Virus record (IMG/VR): IMGVR_UViG_3300027865_000011
Location: 1 to 56,059 of that record
Reading direction: 5' to 3' (one strand)
From: a virus
Lineage: Duplodnaviria > Caudoviricetes
DNA length: 56,059 bases
Shown here: positions 1 through 10,599 of the stretch, piece by piece
Layout: each line of letters begins with the position of its first letter
How positions within the stretch are numbered: position 1 is the first letter of the stretch
The notes under the pieces: generated by a model
Database searches by the model: none
Seen by the model: only the letters and a program-made list of their open reading frames with translations
What the model was told of the DNA's origin: nothing
Translations under genes and position numbers: made by a program

Positions 1-214
1 CGACAACTCCGTGCAGACTGAGTACCAGTTCCACAGCGTCACGCTCTCCCCGGAAGGTGATCTCGCGATGCTCGGTGACGAGTTCTCCACCATGCAGTTC
101 ACGGGCAAGGCAGAAGCCCGAGAGGCTGTAGACGCCTCCGCCCCAGTGGTGCGTATCCGCACCTACAGCCAGTAGACCTCCGCGGGCACCTCTCGATAGA
201 GGGTGCTTCTTTTC
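1..214. repeat. Terminal direct repeat, copy 1 (circular overlap)
   Basis: 1-214 matches 55846-56059 with 4 substitutions; lies in the 3' end of the tail tube gene. Confidence 0.97.
186..214 (+). terminator. Probable intrinsic terminator after tail tube gene
   Basis: GCACCTCTC-GATA-GAGGGTGC hairpin followed by TTCTTTT. Confidence 0.5.
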
Positions 215-242
215 AAGGCAGACCAGCAAGCAAGGAGATACC

Positions 243-941
243 ATGTCAACCCAAAAGGGATTCCTGAGCAAGAAGGGCATCGAGTACGAAATCGTGCTCG
301 AGGACGGGACCTCGCGGACCGTCCACTTCTACCCCATCAGTGTTCTGCGCCTCTCGTCGCTGCGAGACATCGTCTCCGCAGCTAGTCAGTCGATGATGGT
401 TCTGTCCGAGAAAGCTCCCCTCTTCGAGGACGCGAAGACCGTCATCAAGAAGGACGGGGATTTTTCGGAGACCGTCCAGGAACCACCTTCTATCGAGCAC
501 CGCGAAAAGCGGCACGCTCGGAGAGCGTTGGCTTTGGAGAACCTTCTGACTGTGCTCCTTCATGAGGCGAACACCAAGACAGTCGCTCAGCTCCTGATGA
601 GCTCCTTGAAGGACGACGTGCCCAAAGATCAGGATCCTCTCGAGTTCCTGGATGATGTGGAAGTCAGTGTGCTTCCGCAGCTCTTCAAGGGCTTCGTCAA
701 GGCCAACAAGAAGGTCCTCCCAGCCCCTTTGCAGAAAAGGGCTCTGGCGATTTGGGAGTCGGCTCTCCTGAAAATGGAGGCCGACAAAAACGAAAGCCAG
801 GCCCTGTCCCCAGAACCGAACGAGGCCGCCGACTCGCCGCCCAGCTCCGAAGCATTGCCGACAAGCGACGCGGACAGCCTGTCGCTGAGTCTGGTAAAGG
901 CTCCGGATCCCGAACCGGACCTGCTAGCTACCGACCAGTAG
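243..941 (+). CDS. Tail assembly chaperone (G-like)
   Basis: Between tail tube and tape measure; AAGGAG RBS; 232 aa. Confidence 0.7.
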   Translation: MSTQKGFLSKKGIEYEIVLEDGTSRTVHFYPISVLRLSSLRDIVSAASQSMMVLSEKAPLFEDAKTVIKKDGDFSETVQEPPSIEHREKRHARRALALENLLTVLLHEANTKTVAQLLMSSLKDDVPKDQDPLEFLDDVEVSVLPQLFKGFVKANKKVLPAPLQKRALAIWESALLKMEADKNESQALSPEPNEAADSPPSSEALPTSDADSLSLSLVKAPDPEPDLLATDQ

Positions 942-1237
942 ACCTCTCAACAGCTGATGACCAAGATTGGGTGAACCTCGAGCTCACCATCGTCGACTTG
1001 GTTGGCTTCGGCTTCTCGGAGGACTACATCCTGAACATGGATGTCGAGAGCTTCGATGTCCTCGTTCAGCGAGTTTTAGAGGTGCAAGTCTGTCACAAGG
1101 TGGAAACACTTTGGTCACGCTTTCTTGCAGCACAGGGCACCAAGAAGGGTGTCCAAAGCATGGCGGAAGCCTTAGATCCGCGAAAACTGTCTCGCAGAAA
1201 GGATCCCAAGGATGGCTCTCGATCGCGGAGGACTTGA
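785..1237 (+). CDS. Tail assembly chaperone T-like segment, probably reached by -1 frameshift
   Basis: -1 frame ORF (752-1237) overlaps chaperone 3' end and tape measure start; no good RBS of its own. Confidence 0.55.
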   Translation, partial: QKRKPGPVPRTERGRRLAAQLRSIADKRRGQPVAESGKGSGSRTGPASYRPVDLSTADDQDWVNLELTIVDLVGFGFSEDYILNMDVESFDVLVQRVLEVQVCHKVETLWSRFLAAQGTKKGVQSMAEALDPRKLSRRKDPKDGSRSRRT

Positions 1238-4200
1238 ATACCCGATCAACGTCGAGGATCAGTTCTCCGCGAACCTCACGAAGTTCAGGAACGATACCCA
1301 GAAAGCCACCGAAGACTGGAAGCGGCTCCGCGAGGAGCTCTCCAAGACCGCTAGCGCTCAACGGGCTCTCGGCAGACGGCGTGCGGGCCCTTCCGAAGCT
1401 GTTCGACAGGCGAGGGAAGAACGGTCGATCGCAAACGAGCGCGCCAAGAGCGAGCGCAAGGTAGCGGAAAACCGAGAGAAGGCCGACCGCCAAGCCTCGC
1501 GCTCTCGACAGGGCCGAAGACGAGATCTCCAAGAAGAGGAACGGCTCAACGTTCGACAGGCGGAGATTGAAAGGCGTCGGCTAGATGAGGCCGAGAAAGC
1601 CCGCAAGAGCGCAACCGCAGCAGACAGGAATCGCCGAGCAGAATCCGAGAGGAGCGAGCGAGAAACACAACGGCGCCGCGTAGCGGCCGCTGCCAGTCAG
1701 GCAAGGGCCGCCAGAGCTCGCCAAGCCGCCGTTGAAGGACAAGCTCGGGTCGAGAAGAAAGCCGCTGAGGATCGAGCTAAGAGCCTCCAACGAGCCGAAG
1801 CTCTGGAAGACCGTCGGGCCGCCAGCTCCGCGCGGCGGGTCGCGGCCGAAAAACGAGCAGGGCTCCAGATCCTCAGTGGGCAAGAGAGGCTGGCCAACCA
1901 GCGCGCAACCCAGCAATCACGGGCGAATGCGGCAGCCGAGCTCGCGACCACAAGACAAGAATCGGCCCAGTCCAGGCTCCTGGAACAACAGCTCCGCGGG
2001 GCCGAGCGCGTTTCGCGGGAAGGTGATCGGACATCTCAGCAGCGGGAGACCGCGGCCAGGAAAGCTCGACGAGACGAGGAAGCCCTCAGAGTAGTTCAGG
2101 ATCGACGAGCCCGCGCGCAGGTGCTGGGCACGACTCGACAATCCGAGGCAGAGGCTGCTTCGCAAGCTCGTCGTCTGCGAGAGACCCAGCAACTCGAGCA
2201 AACCGAGCTGCGCATCGCCGCCGCTCGCCGGCGAGCGGCTCGCGAGCAAACCCGGATCACCAAGGAGACCAAGCAAGCAGGTACAGCCGCGGGACAGCTC
2301 CTCTTCACGTTCCGTCGACTGGTGGGTGTCCTGGCGATCTTCACAGCAGCACGCCTCCTGGTGCAGTCCCTGAGGGCCGCTGTGCGAGAGGCCATCGACT
2401 TCAACTCGCGGATTCAAACGGCCGTCTTGGGGATCCAATCTCTGCTGGCTGCCACCGGAGAACTCTCCACCGCAACGGGGCGAATGGTTCAAGGAGCGGA
2501 GGCCTTCGCCGCAGCGAATGCCGAGGCCCGCCGCCAAGTGTCCCTGCTTCGGGTCGAGGGCCTGAAGACGGCCGCGACCTTTACTCAGCTCCTGGAAGCC
2601 TTTCAGACCGCCCTGGCGCCTGGTCTGCGTGCGGGCCTCTCCCCAGACGAGGTCCGAGGCTTCGCGGTCAGGATCGCCCAAGCTGCAGCTGCGATCGGTC
2701 TTCCTCAGAATCAGCTCGCCGAAGAGATTCGCTCCATCCTCCAAGGGACCATCCAGGCCCGGACGACCAGGATCGCCGTTGCTCTGGGGATCACGAACGA
2801 GGACATCCGCAACGCGAAGGAGGCTGGCGAACTGGCCGACTTCCTCCTCGAGCGCTTCTCCGCCTTCCAGTTCGCGGGCGAAGCGAGTCTATCCAACTTC
2901 GCGGTCATCATCGCCAACTTGAAGGATGCCACCTCTCAACTCCTCGGAGAAGGCGGCCGCGAGTTCTTCAACCAGCTCGCTGATGGGCTCCGCAATGTCC
3001 TCGCCCTCCTGATCCAGACAACCGAGAAGGGAACGGTGGTCAACCCCGATGCCCTGCGCATCATCCGCGCCTTCTTCTCGATCCTCACCAACGTGGGCGA
3101 AGAGCTTGGACGGATCTTCGACTCCTTCTCTCTCGAAGGGGCCGCCGACGCCGCCACTGTGATTGCATCGGTCGTCAACTCGATCGTAGACGTGGCCGCC
3201 GGATTTGCTCAAGGCTTCGTGGAGGTCTGGACAGACGTCCTCGACATCATCGGGGATATCCTGAAGAAGGCTGGGGAGCTTGCCGAAATCATCGGCTTCG
3301 AAGATGGGGAGTTCACGGCCACCTTCCGAGACGTTGCCAAGTTCTTCGGGCAACTCGTGGCCTTCGGTCTGGTGTGGCGAGCAATCATCTTCACGATCGT
3401 CAAGCCGATCTCCTTGATAGCTTTTGCTTTCAACTCCATGGCCAAGGCAATCAAGTTCGCCATACCGGTGATGCGGATCCTCGGTGGCCTGTTCTCCCTC
3501 GCTGCACTCAAGGTGGCTTTGATCACCGGCATCTTCATCGCAATCGGAGCAGCTATCGCGCTGGTAGTCGCGGCTTTCCGCAACGACTTCATTCGCTCCA
3601 TCGAGATCGGCGGTCTGAAGATCGGCACTATCGCGGATACCATCAAACTGCTGCTCAGCTCGGCGATCAAGAAAGCGGCCCTGCTCTTCTCCTCCGCCTG
3701 GGGCAAGTCCATCAACTTCGTGAAGAAGCTCTTCGTCACCGTGGCGAACTTCTTCCTGGACAAGATCCTGGCCATCGTAGAGTTCGTTCTCGATATCGGT
3801 GCCATCTTCTCAGACGCCGCCGAAGACGCCGCCAAGGGTGTGGCCGCCACGCGGAGAGAGCTGGATTCCGCATCTGAGGCTTTCGGAAAACGAGAAGACG
3901 CGAGGCTCAAGAAGCGTCTCGCAGGCATAAAAGAGGAACGTCGCGCCAACCAGATCGCCTTCAACGAAAGGCTGGCAGCAATCCAGCAAGCCGAGAGAGA
4001 AGGACCACGAATCACTCCGGAGGAGGCTGCCAAGCAGTTCGCCGAAGGTGCCAAGCGTTTCTTGGGGTTGTCGGAAGCGGCCGCCGACTCCCAAGATGAG
4101 ATAGCCTCTACCGTGGAGGACTACGCAAAAGCGTTTGCCGAAATCCCTCCCACCGTAGGCGCGACCAACATCAAGCTGGAACAGCAGGCTGCCATCCTCC

Positions 4201-6152
4201 AGAGACTGCAAGGCAGCATCGAGCAAAACCAAGAGAGCTTGCGCTTGGCTTTCAGCGCCCAAGGTTTGGAGAATGCAGAGCGTCGCATTCTCAGAGACCG
4301 CGTGCGCGCCGCGGGTGAGCTGAGAAAAGCCACAACCCAGATCGACGCTCGTATCAGAGAGAACGAACAATCACTCGGCAACATCGCAAACAAGGAAAGG
4401 AAGATCACCGAGGAGATTCTTCGACAGAACACGGCCAACCGACAACAGGTGAGCTCTCTGGTGGCCATCGGCGCCGAACTCAATGATCTTCAACGGCGAA
4501 GAGAAGGTGCTGCCACCGCCTTGCTCACTCTCGAACGACAGCAACGCTTCGCCATTCGCTCCAACGACGCCGAGCGAACCAAAGCAACTCTGCGCCGCTT
4601 GGTAGCCATCGACGCGGAAACCTTGAAGATCGACGAGCAGATAGTCTCTCAGCGAGCACTACTGAAAGCCGAAGTCGAGAGACTTGGTCTCTCTCAGGAA
4701 GCTGGACGAAAGCTTCTGAGCAACTTGACCGAGTTGGTCAGACTGAACGGTCTTCGCGTATCCACCGAGCAAGACCTCACCTCCGCCACCAAGGAACGTG
4801 GCCGAGCCGAAGAGTTGATCAATGATGCTCTCGAACTCCGTCTACGCACGATCCTCGTGCTGGAAAGAGAGCGATTGAGGGTCAACAGACTCCGAGCCGA
4901 GCAGGAACTGGTCAACGCTCGCTTGGTCCAGGGTGCTGCGCAAAAAACCGCTGGGGTCGGCGGCCCCCTCGGCGGTACCGCTGCCGATGCTCAACGAGAA
5001 GTCGCGGCTGCTCAAGTCCGCTTCAATCTGCTCATCCGCCAAACCCAAGAGCTGGCTAGGCAGAACACCCTGAGAAAAGAGGCCCTGCAAGATCAACTCG
5101 CCCTAACGGAAGACGCAGATCTTCGCGCCGAGATTCAATCGCGAATCAACTCCCTGGACGAAGTCTTTGTGGCTAACCTCCGTCTGGCACAACTCGAAGC
5201 CGCGGAGATCACGAAGGAGCTCGCTCGCCTCGAGTTCATTCTCGATCAGCCCCTTACAGCCGGACTGGAAGCGGGCTTCGAGGATTTCGTCACCAAGGCC
5301 GGTGATTCCTTCGCGCAGATAAGAAACATCGGGGAAGCTTCCATCACCGGGCTTGCGGACACCATAGCGCAATCCTTGGGTGATGCTTTGGATCCTTCCA
5401 AGAAGCTGGACTTGGTCGCTCGCTTCGAAGAATTCTTCCAGCAAATCACCGCGATGGTTCTGAGGCTCATCGTCAACCTATTGCTGGTGAAGGCCCTCAC
5501 CGAGGTCCTGGGGCTCGACACCTCAGCCGGGGATAGGGCCGCCGCCGAAGCTGCCGCCTCAAAAGCCGTCGTAGCCGCTGCCGTGGCTTCTGCTGCTGCG
5601 GCAGTCGCTCAGGCAGCTGCGGCCGAAGCCGCTGCCAACAGCGCCTTGTCGTCGGCTGGTGGCTTCGTCAAGGGTGGTTTGATCGGGGGCGCTTTGCCGG
5701 GAGCTTCTGGCGCAGCCTTCCGCCATGCTCAGGGGCTCTCCGAAGGTGGCATCCCTCGACCGAAGGGGCTCCACCCCAGCGATCGAATCCCGATCTGGGC
5801 AGGGATTGGCGAGTTCATGCAGCCCGTGAAGTCTGTCCAGGCCTATGGCGTGCGTGTCATGGAAGCTATCCGAAAACGCCAGATCGATCCGGGCATCCTC
5901 AAATCCCTCGTGGGCAGTGGCACAGCTTCGGCAGCCCGAACATCCTTCGCGACCAAGGGCCCAGGTTTCCAGACCGGCGGTGGTGTCAGCTCAACCTCCG
6001 GGGACTCCGCAAATCAGGAATCTCAATCCCTCACCATCATCAACGTTTTCGATAGGCAGCAGCTCCTACAAACGTTGGCTGAGACCGATGGGCAAGAAGT
6101 TCTCGTCAATGTCATGCGATCTCGCCACGACGATCTAAGGCCAGCAAGATAA
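1212..6152 (+). CDS. Tape measure protein
   Basis: 1646 aa, Ala/Arg/Glu-rich helical, hydrophobic mid region, C-terminal GGFVKGG/SDRIP/GEFM motifs typical of TMPs; position after chaperones. Confidence 0.93.
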   Translation: MALDRGGLEYPINVEDQFSANLTKFRNDTQKATEDWKRLREELSKTASAQRALGRRRAGPSEAVRQAREERSIANERAKSERKVAENREKADRQASRSRQGRRRDLQEEERLNVRQAEIERRRLDEAEKARKSATAADRNRRAESERSERETQRRRVAAAASQARAARARQAAVEGQARVEKKAAEDRAKSLQRAEALEDRRAASSARRVAAEKRAGLQILSGQERLANQRATQQSRANAAAELATTRQESAQSRLLEQQLRGAERVSREGDRTSQQRETAARKARRDEEALRVVQDRRARAQVLGTTRQSEAEAASQARRLRETQQLEQTELRIAAARRRAAREQTRITKETKQAGTAAGQLLFTFRRLVGVLAIFTAARLLVQSLRAAVREAIDFNSRIQTAVLGIQSLLAATGELSTATGRMVQGAEAFAAANAEARRQVSLLRVEGLKTAATFTQLLEAFQTALAPGLRAGLSPDEVRGFAVRIAQAAAAIGLPQNQLAEEIRSILQGTIQARTTRIAVALGITNEDIRNAKEAGELADFLLERFSAFQFAGEASLSNFAVIIANLKDATSQLLGEGGREFFNQLADGLRNVLALLIQTTEKGTVVNPDALRIIRAFFSILTNVGEELGRIFDSFSLEGAADAATVIASVVNSIVDVAAGFAQGFVEVWTDVLDIIGDILKKAGELAEIIGFEDGEFTATFRDVAKFFGQLVAFGLVWRAIIFTIVKPISLIAFAFNSMAKAIKFAIPVMRILGGLFSLAALKVALITGIFIAIGAAIALVVAAFRNDFIRSIEIGGLKIGTIADTIKLLLSSAIKKAALLFSSAWGKSINFVKKLFVTVANFFLDKILAIVEFVLDIGAIFSDAAEDAAKGVAATRRELDSASEAFGKREDARLKKRLAGIKEERRANQIAFNERLAAIQQAEREGPRITPEEAAKQFAEGAKRFLGLSEAAADSQDEIASTVEDYAKAFAEIPPTVGATNIKLEQQAAILQRLQGSIEQNQESLRLAFSAQGLENAERRILRDRVRAAGELRKATTQIDARIRENEQSLGNIANKERKITEEILRQNTANRQQVSSLVAIGAELNDLQRRREGAATALLTLERQQRFAIRSNDAERTKATLRRLVAIDAETLKIDEQIVSQRALLKAEVERLGLSQEAGRKLLSNLTELVRLNGLRVSTEQDLTSATKERGRAEELINDALELRLRTILVLERERLRVNRLRAEQELVNARLVQGAAQKTAGVGGPLGGTAADAQREVAAAQVRFNLLIRQTQELARQNTLRKEALQDQLALTEDADLRAEIQSRINSLDEVFVANLRLAQLEAAEITKELARLEFILDQPLTAGLEAGFEDFVTKAGDSFAQIRNIGEASITGLADTIAQSLGDALDPSKKLDLVARFEEFFQQITAMVLRLIVNLLLVKALTEVLGLDTSAGDRAAAEAAASKAVVAAAVASAAAAVAQAAAAEAAANSALSSAGGFVKGGLIGGALPGASGAAFRHAQGLSEGGIPRPKGLHPSDRIPIWAGIGEFMQPVKSVQAYGVRVMEAIRKRQIDPGILKSLVGSGTASAARTSFATKGPGFQTGGGVSSTSGDSANQESQSLTIINVFDRQQLLQTLAETDGQEVLVNVMRSRHDDLRPAR

Positions 6153-7366
6153 TGACCTACACACCTTGGGGAATCACCCACGGAGGCATCGCACTCTATT
6201 CGCAGGTGGTAAAAGCTGCCGTCGCCGCTGGCTGGGCCTTAGACACGACGTCCTACGGGCGCGCTGATTGGGGCACGCAGCCTGTTGTACAGAACAACAC
6301 CATCCCCATCCAGACCGACATTACAGGGGTGCCTCTCCCCTTCGTTCTGCCTCTGCCGATCATGTTCTTCGACAACTACGTCGTGAAGAAGGATTTTGTC
6401 ACCTCTGTTACTCTTGGCGTCGATTATTCCATCGATCCAGACTTCGGCACGGTCACCATTCTCTCCGGGGGCGTTTGGGACAACGGCTCTGGCTTCGGGA
6501 CCGGGGAGTTCACGATCCTCCAAGGCTACGATATCAAACGTGGTTGGGTCATTCTTCGAAGCTTCGGCATCAGCACCACTGAGGATTTTCGCATCGGCTT
6601 CCGCTTCAACTCCGCCGCGACCAACCCCTCCAATCCTCAACAGACCGGTGTCGAGATCTCCTGTTGGACAACCCCGCCGACAGCCTTCGAAAGCTATGAG
6701 TTGGTTGACCTGACTCGTAGAAACGCACTCGTGCATGATGTGAAGTGCATGATCTCCCCAAACGCCGATGTCACGGGGGCCTATTCTCTCGACGCTGATC
6801 GAATCATCTTCCACGGTAGAGCCGACTGCTTCACTGCTTGGGGGTGTGCCGGCATCCCGGCGCGCTTCAGGCCCCTTGCGGAACAGCCGCTGCTCACCGG
6901 CATGATGGGCAGCACCTCTTTGCAACAGGACCGTGCTGGTGGTCCTGTAGGGAAGACGGACGAGCCTGGGGATCTCTCGCTCTCGACAGAGATGGGATCC
7001 ATCTACTTGTTCGAGCAAGGCGCTTTCTGTGCTGTGGACGACAACGTGGAGTTGAACGCCAACTACTGGGAGAATGAAGTAGGTCACCCGACCAATGGCT
7101 ACACCACCAGCCAACGAGTGATCACCCCCGGCAGCGGCGCAACCTTGCCCGTGCCTTATTTCGAAGTCCATGACGTAATCACGGGTCGGGCCATCGACGT
7201 GGTAGGCAGCTCCTCCAACATCCTCTACGGGCTTTGGAACGGACTGCATACCGTGCTCTGCGCGGAGCCTTCGCACAACCTGCAAGTAACCATGGACGGA
7301 CGAGCTTTCAGACTCTGGAAAGTTGGTGGAAGTCTCTCCCGCTTCATCGCAGTGGAGGAGATCTAA
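6152..7366 (+). CDS. Minor tail/virion structural protein
   Basis: Coupled to TMP stop (TAATG); 404 aa. Confidence 0.7.
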   Translation: MTYTPWGITHGGIALYSQVVKAAVAAGWALDTTSYGRADWGTQPVVQNNTIPIQTDITGVPLPFVLPLPIMFFDNYVVKKDFVTSVTLGVDYSIDPDFGTVTILSGGVWDNGSGFGTGEFTILQGYDIKRGWVILRSFGISTTEDFRIGFRFNSAATNPSNPQQTGVEISCWTTPPTAFESYELVDLTRRNALVHDVKCMISPNADVTGAYSLDADRIIFHGRADCFTAWGCAGIPARFRPLAEQPLLTGMMGSTSLQQDRAGGPVGKTDEPGDLSLSTEMGSIYLFEQGAFCAVDDNVELNANYWENEVGHPTNGYTTSQRVITPGSGATLPVPYFEVHDVITGRAIDVVGSSSNILYGLWNGLHTVLCAEPSHNLQVTMDGRAFRLWKVGGSLSRFIAVEEI

Positions 7367-8691
7367 TGCCTTTTCAAGATCCTGTCTTCTCTGTCCAACA
7401 ACAGCTGCTGTCCCCAGGAAGCGCGGAGGGTGTGCTCTCTTTCATCCGCTCCGTAGCTGTGCTCGCTGGTTGGGTCGTCGATGAATACGACGTAACCCCC
7501 AGCCCTGCCTTAGAGACGGGGGGAGATGAGCTCTACGTGCATCCCGCCGTAGGTGGAGTGACCAATCCTCCCTATTTCTCTTTGAAGGCTTTCGATGGCT
7601 CAGCGGCTGATCAGCAGGCTATCAAGATCTGGATGAACACGGGCTACGATTCCACGAAGCGCGCAGACAACCAACCAGGCATGTACGCGCAATCCAAGCC
7701 GTGGCCAACCAATGCCGTGGATCGAACGCAAGTATTCTCCGGCGCATGGGACACCCTGCCCAATGCCAACCCCGCTGATCTGGGGATGTACCTCACGCAG
7801 GCTTGGAATCCTGCTTTTCCTCTTCTGGGTCCTGCTCCAGTGATCAGCTCGGCGGCCACGAGCTTGCACACCAAAGCAACCTCTTCCATCGATCAGATCT
7901 ACGGATTCTACGATGCGCCGTTGTCCCTCGGTTCTTCTCGCTGCTTGATCTTCGTCTGGTACATCGACAACACGATGTATGGCATCGCCATGGGTCACGT
8001 ACTATGGGACGTGGAGGGTGTCTCGCCGGACGACGACGAAGGTCATCTCTTGACCTGCTGGGGAAACGCCTACGACGATCGCCTTCTCGAGCTCCCGCCG
8101 CACCCAGACTCTCTCGGCGGCACCATCAACCAAGCAACCCCCTCGGCCATCATCCTTGAACTGATCCGCAACCGAACGAGCGGCAGCGAAACCTTCCCGA
8201 CCGGCACACCGAACGGGAACCCGCTCATGGATTCTGGTCCGGTAGTCCTTCAACAAGGTCGCATCGAAGCCAGCGACAACGTAGCGGACGCCAACATCTC
8301 CGCGGTAGTGCGTCCCGATCAAGACTTCGAGAGCCTCTGGAACAACCTCCAAGGAGACGCTTTCCCAAACCCTCGGATCACCATTCACCGCGAACCCATC
8401 GTCGGTCCGATGACGCAGGAACGACTCGGATTCCACCGGCCGCGGCACATCTCCCGGTTCCCTGATGGGGGCGTACTGTTGGGCAACTACGCTATTGGGG
8501 AAGGTTCTTCGGACTGGAGCGACAGCGGTTTTTCCTTCCCGATCTACTTCGCCCCCCTCCGCCTGCAAGCGGACGGAGACACGGTCACCGAAGGTACTCG
8601 GCAATACATGCTCTTCCCGGGCAACCGGAGTGGCGGCTCGCCCTACACCCAAGCTTGGAGAGTCGCCGGCCTCGCGGTTAGGATTGCTTGA
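7366..8691 (+). CDS. Minor tail/virion structural protein
   Basis: GGAGGAG RBS, TAATG coupling, starts MPFQDP. Confidence 0.7.
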   Translation: MPFQDPVFSVQQQLLSPGSAEGVLSFIRSVAVLAGWVVDEYDVTPSPALETGGDELYVHPAVGGVTNPPYFSLKAFDGSAADQQAIKIWMNTGYDSTKRADNQPGMYAQSKPWPTNAVDRTQVFSGAWDTLPNANPADLGMYLTQAWNPAFPLLGPAPVISSAATSLHTKATSSIDQIYGFYDAPLSLGSSRCLIFVWYIDNTMYGIAMGHVLWDVEGVSPDDDEGHLLTCWGNAYDDRLLELPPHPDSLGGTINQATPSAIILELIRNRTSGSETFPTGTPNGNPLMDSGPVVLQQGRIEASDNVADANISAVVRPDQDFESLWNNLQGDAFPNPRITIHREPIVGPMTQERLGFHRPRHISRFPDGGVLLGNYAIGEGSSDWSDSGFSFPIYFAPLRLQADGDTVTEGTRQYMLFPGNRSGGSPYTQAWRVAGLAVRIA

Positions 8692-9908
8692 TGGCATTCA
8701 TCACGTGGAACAACGGGACTCTGGGTAGGCTACCCAACGTGCAGGGGATCACCCGCACACAGGTGGCGCTGCCCGTTGTACTGACGGTCTACGGCCCTCT
8801 CTTCTCAAAAACCCACAGCAACCCCTGGTGGGTGAACTACATCAACGCCATCCGCGCCACGTGGCTCAACAACCTCTTCCTCTATCGAATCTTTCCACAG
8901 ACCTCCTTGGGCGATCTCCTCCGGTCGGATCCCTCCCTGGTCGTGGTGTCTTACGGAAACGTGCTCGACGATGTGCTTGATCCCCTGACCCTCTTGAGCA
9001 CTTTCCAGGCCACTGCCACCTTCTCCAGCCCCGGGCCTGGGCTCGGCAACTCAGAAGGTCTGGATCGCACCGAGCCCAACAACGATCCTCCTATCGCTCC
9101 CCCGAACCCTCCGCTGCCTTCGTCGCTCGCTCCCACCGTGGCCTCCTCTGGCACCGTGGAAGCTGGAGGCGAGCTTCCTTTCGACGTCGCCATAGATGGA
9201 CAAGACGCGCACTCCTCCCTGCTGTTCTCCTACTGCTACGCCTGGACTGTGGCGAGCCCCAACCAAAGACCAACGACCTGGGAGCCAGGAACTCTTTGTT
9301 ACCAGATCGTAGGCTCTCGAGCCGTTCTGATGTCGTTCTTTCCCGACTGGAAAGAGCGCCCGCCCAGCTGTCGTTGGTCCTACCCAGACGATGTCTTCGA
9401 AAGCGACGCTTTCATAGAGCAGCGAGTTTCGACTCTCCCGGCTCCTGTCCTTGCCAATGCTGCCGAGTCCGAATGTGTCCACTTCCTCCAAACCCGCTTC
9501 AAGACGGATGGTCGAGAAGACAGCATCAACCTTTGGACGCGGTTGATCAGGATGCGGCATAACAGGGTGGCTCTACCCTTCTGGTTTGAGCCTCTCGTGA
9601 CAGCAATAGACTCCTCCGGGTTGTCTACCATCACAATCGTCAGCCTCCCTCTCGACTCGCTCATGTACGAATCTGGCGAAATCGTCCGCTTCGACAGACG
9701 AGATCGCTACTACGAAACCCGTGCCGTTACAGGCATCAATCGCCCTGCCAACACAATCGACACTGCTGCCCCTTGGGAGCGCGCTATCCCTCCGCAGCAC
9801 GCCGTCATCTACATGGTCCTATACGGGGCAATAGACTCTCCGCCAAAGCGAACTCTCGACACGGACACCCACCAAACGATCGACGTTGATTGGAGGAGTA
9901 TCCGATGA
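8691..9908 (+). CDS. Tail tip/distal tail-type protein
   Basis: TGATG coupling; PDW...EQR...LPFW pattern; position before hub. Confidence 0.6.
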   Translation: MAFITWNNGTLGRLPNVQGITRTQVALPVVLTVYGPLFSKTHSNPWWVNYINAIRATWLNNLFLYRIFPQTSLGDLLRSDPSLVVVSYGNVLDDVLDPLTLLSTFQATATFSSPGPGLGNSEGLDRTEPNNDPPIAPPNPPLPSSLAPTVASSGTVEAGGELPFDVAIDGQDAHSSLLFSYCYAWTVASPNQRPTTWEPGTLCYQIVGSRAVLMSFFPDWKERPPSCRWSYPDDVFESDAFIEQRVSTLPAPVLANAAESECVHFLQTRFKTDGREDSINLWTRLIRMRHNRVALPFWFEPLVTAIDSSGLSTITIVSLPLDSLMYESGEIVRFDRRDRYYETRAVTGINRPANTIDTAAPWERAIPPQHAVIYMVLYGAIDSPPKRTLDTDTHQTIDVDWRSIR

Positions 9909-10597
9909 GTGTTCCAGACACCCCCCTGACGGTACGGACAGTGACCGGTTTAGACACAACTGGTGGGGAAGGCTTTTTCGTGGAGCCGGCCTGGACCGCA
10001 CCGTCAGACACTATCGATTTTGGCTCCTTCTTCATCGAAGGACGCTCCACGAAAGTGAAGCCGAGTACCAAGGTGGGTCCTACCGTTGCCCGATCTTCTG
10101 GAGATCGAAACAAGCTGGGAGGCCATCGTTGGTCAGGGAACTTCCTCTTTCGGCCCTACACCCACGCGAGATTGTACACTCTTTTCGACAACATGCGCCG
10201 CTGGCAAGGTCGTGTGATGCCGTTCTGGATGCCTTCTTGGTCTTCTGATTTTCGCATCGTGCGAAACGTAGATCCTCTCGAGGGGGACGTGGTGCATGTG
10301 CTCCCCAACGGCTTCGAGTGGTTGTTCGAGGATTCCCGTTATGGGTTGATGATCGAGACCTTTGATCGCTTCCTCGACATTTACGAAATCGTGGGGTACG
10401 ACTCAGCAACCGGCCACCTCTTTGTGCGTGATACCCTCAAAGTCCTCATAGAGTTGACCAACATCGCGCGTGTCTGCCTTGTTCGTCGGGTACGCTCTGA
10501 CAGCAACACCTTCGACTGGCGGTACCTCACCGACGCCATAGCAGAGGTTCCTTTGGGTGTCCGTGAGGTTTTAGGAGAAGGGCTCTTCCTTCCTTAG
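9905..10597 (+). CDS. Distal tail-type protein
   Basis: GGAGGAG RBS, ATGA overlap; GRVMPFWMPSW motif. Confidence 0.6.
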   Translation: MSVPDTPLTVRTVTGLDTTGGEGFFVEPAWTAPSDTIDFGSFFIEGRSTKVKPSTKVGPTVARSSGDRNKLGGHRWSGNFLFRPYTHARLYTLFDNMRRWQGRVMPFWMPSWSSDFRIVRNVDPLEGDVVHVLPNGFEWLFEDSRYGLMIETFDRFLDIYEIVGYDSATGHLFVRDTLKVLIELTNIARVCLVRRVRSDSNTFDWRYLTDAIAEVPLGVREVLGEGLFLP

Positions 10598-10599
10598 CC

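Noticed and set aside
1-214. Terminal repeat as physical genome ends
   Set aside because: It falls within the tail tube gene and has mismatches near contig ends; more likely assembly overlap of a circular or permuted genome
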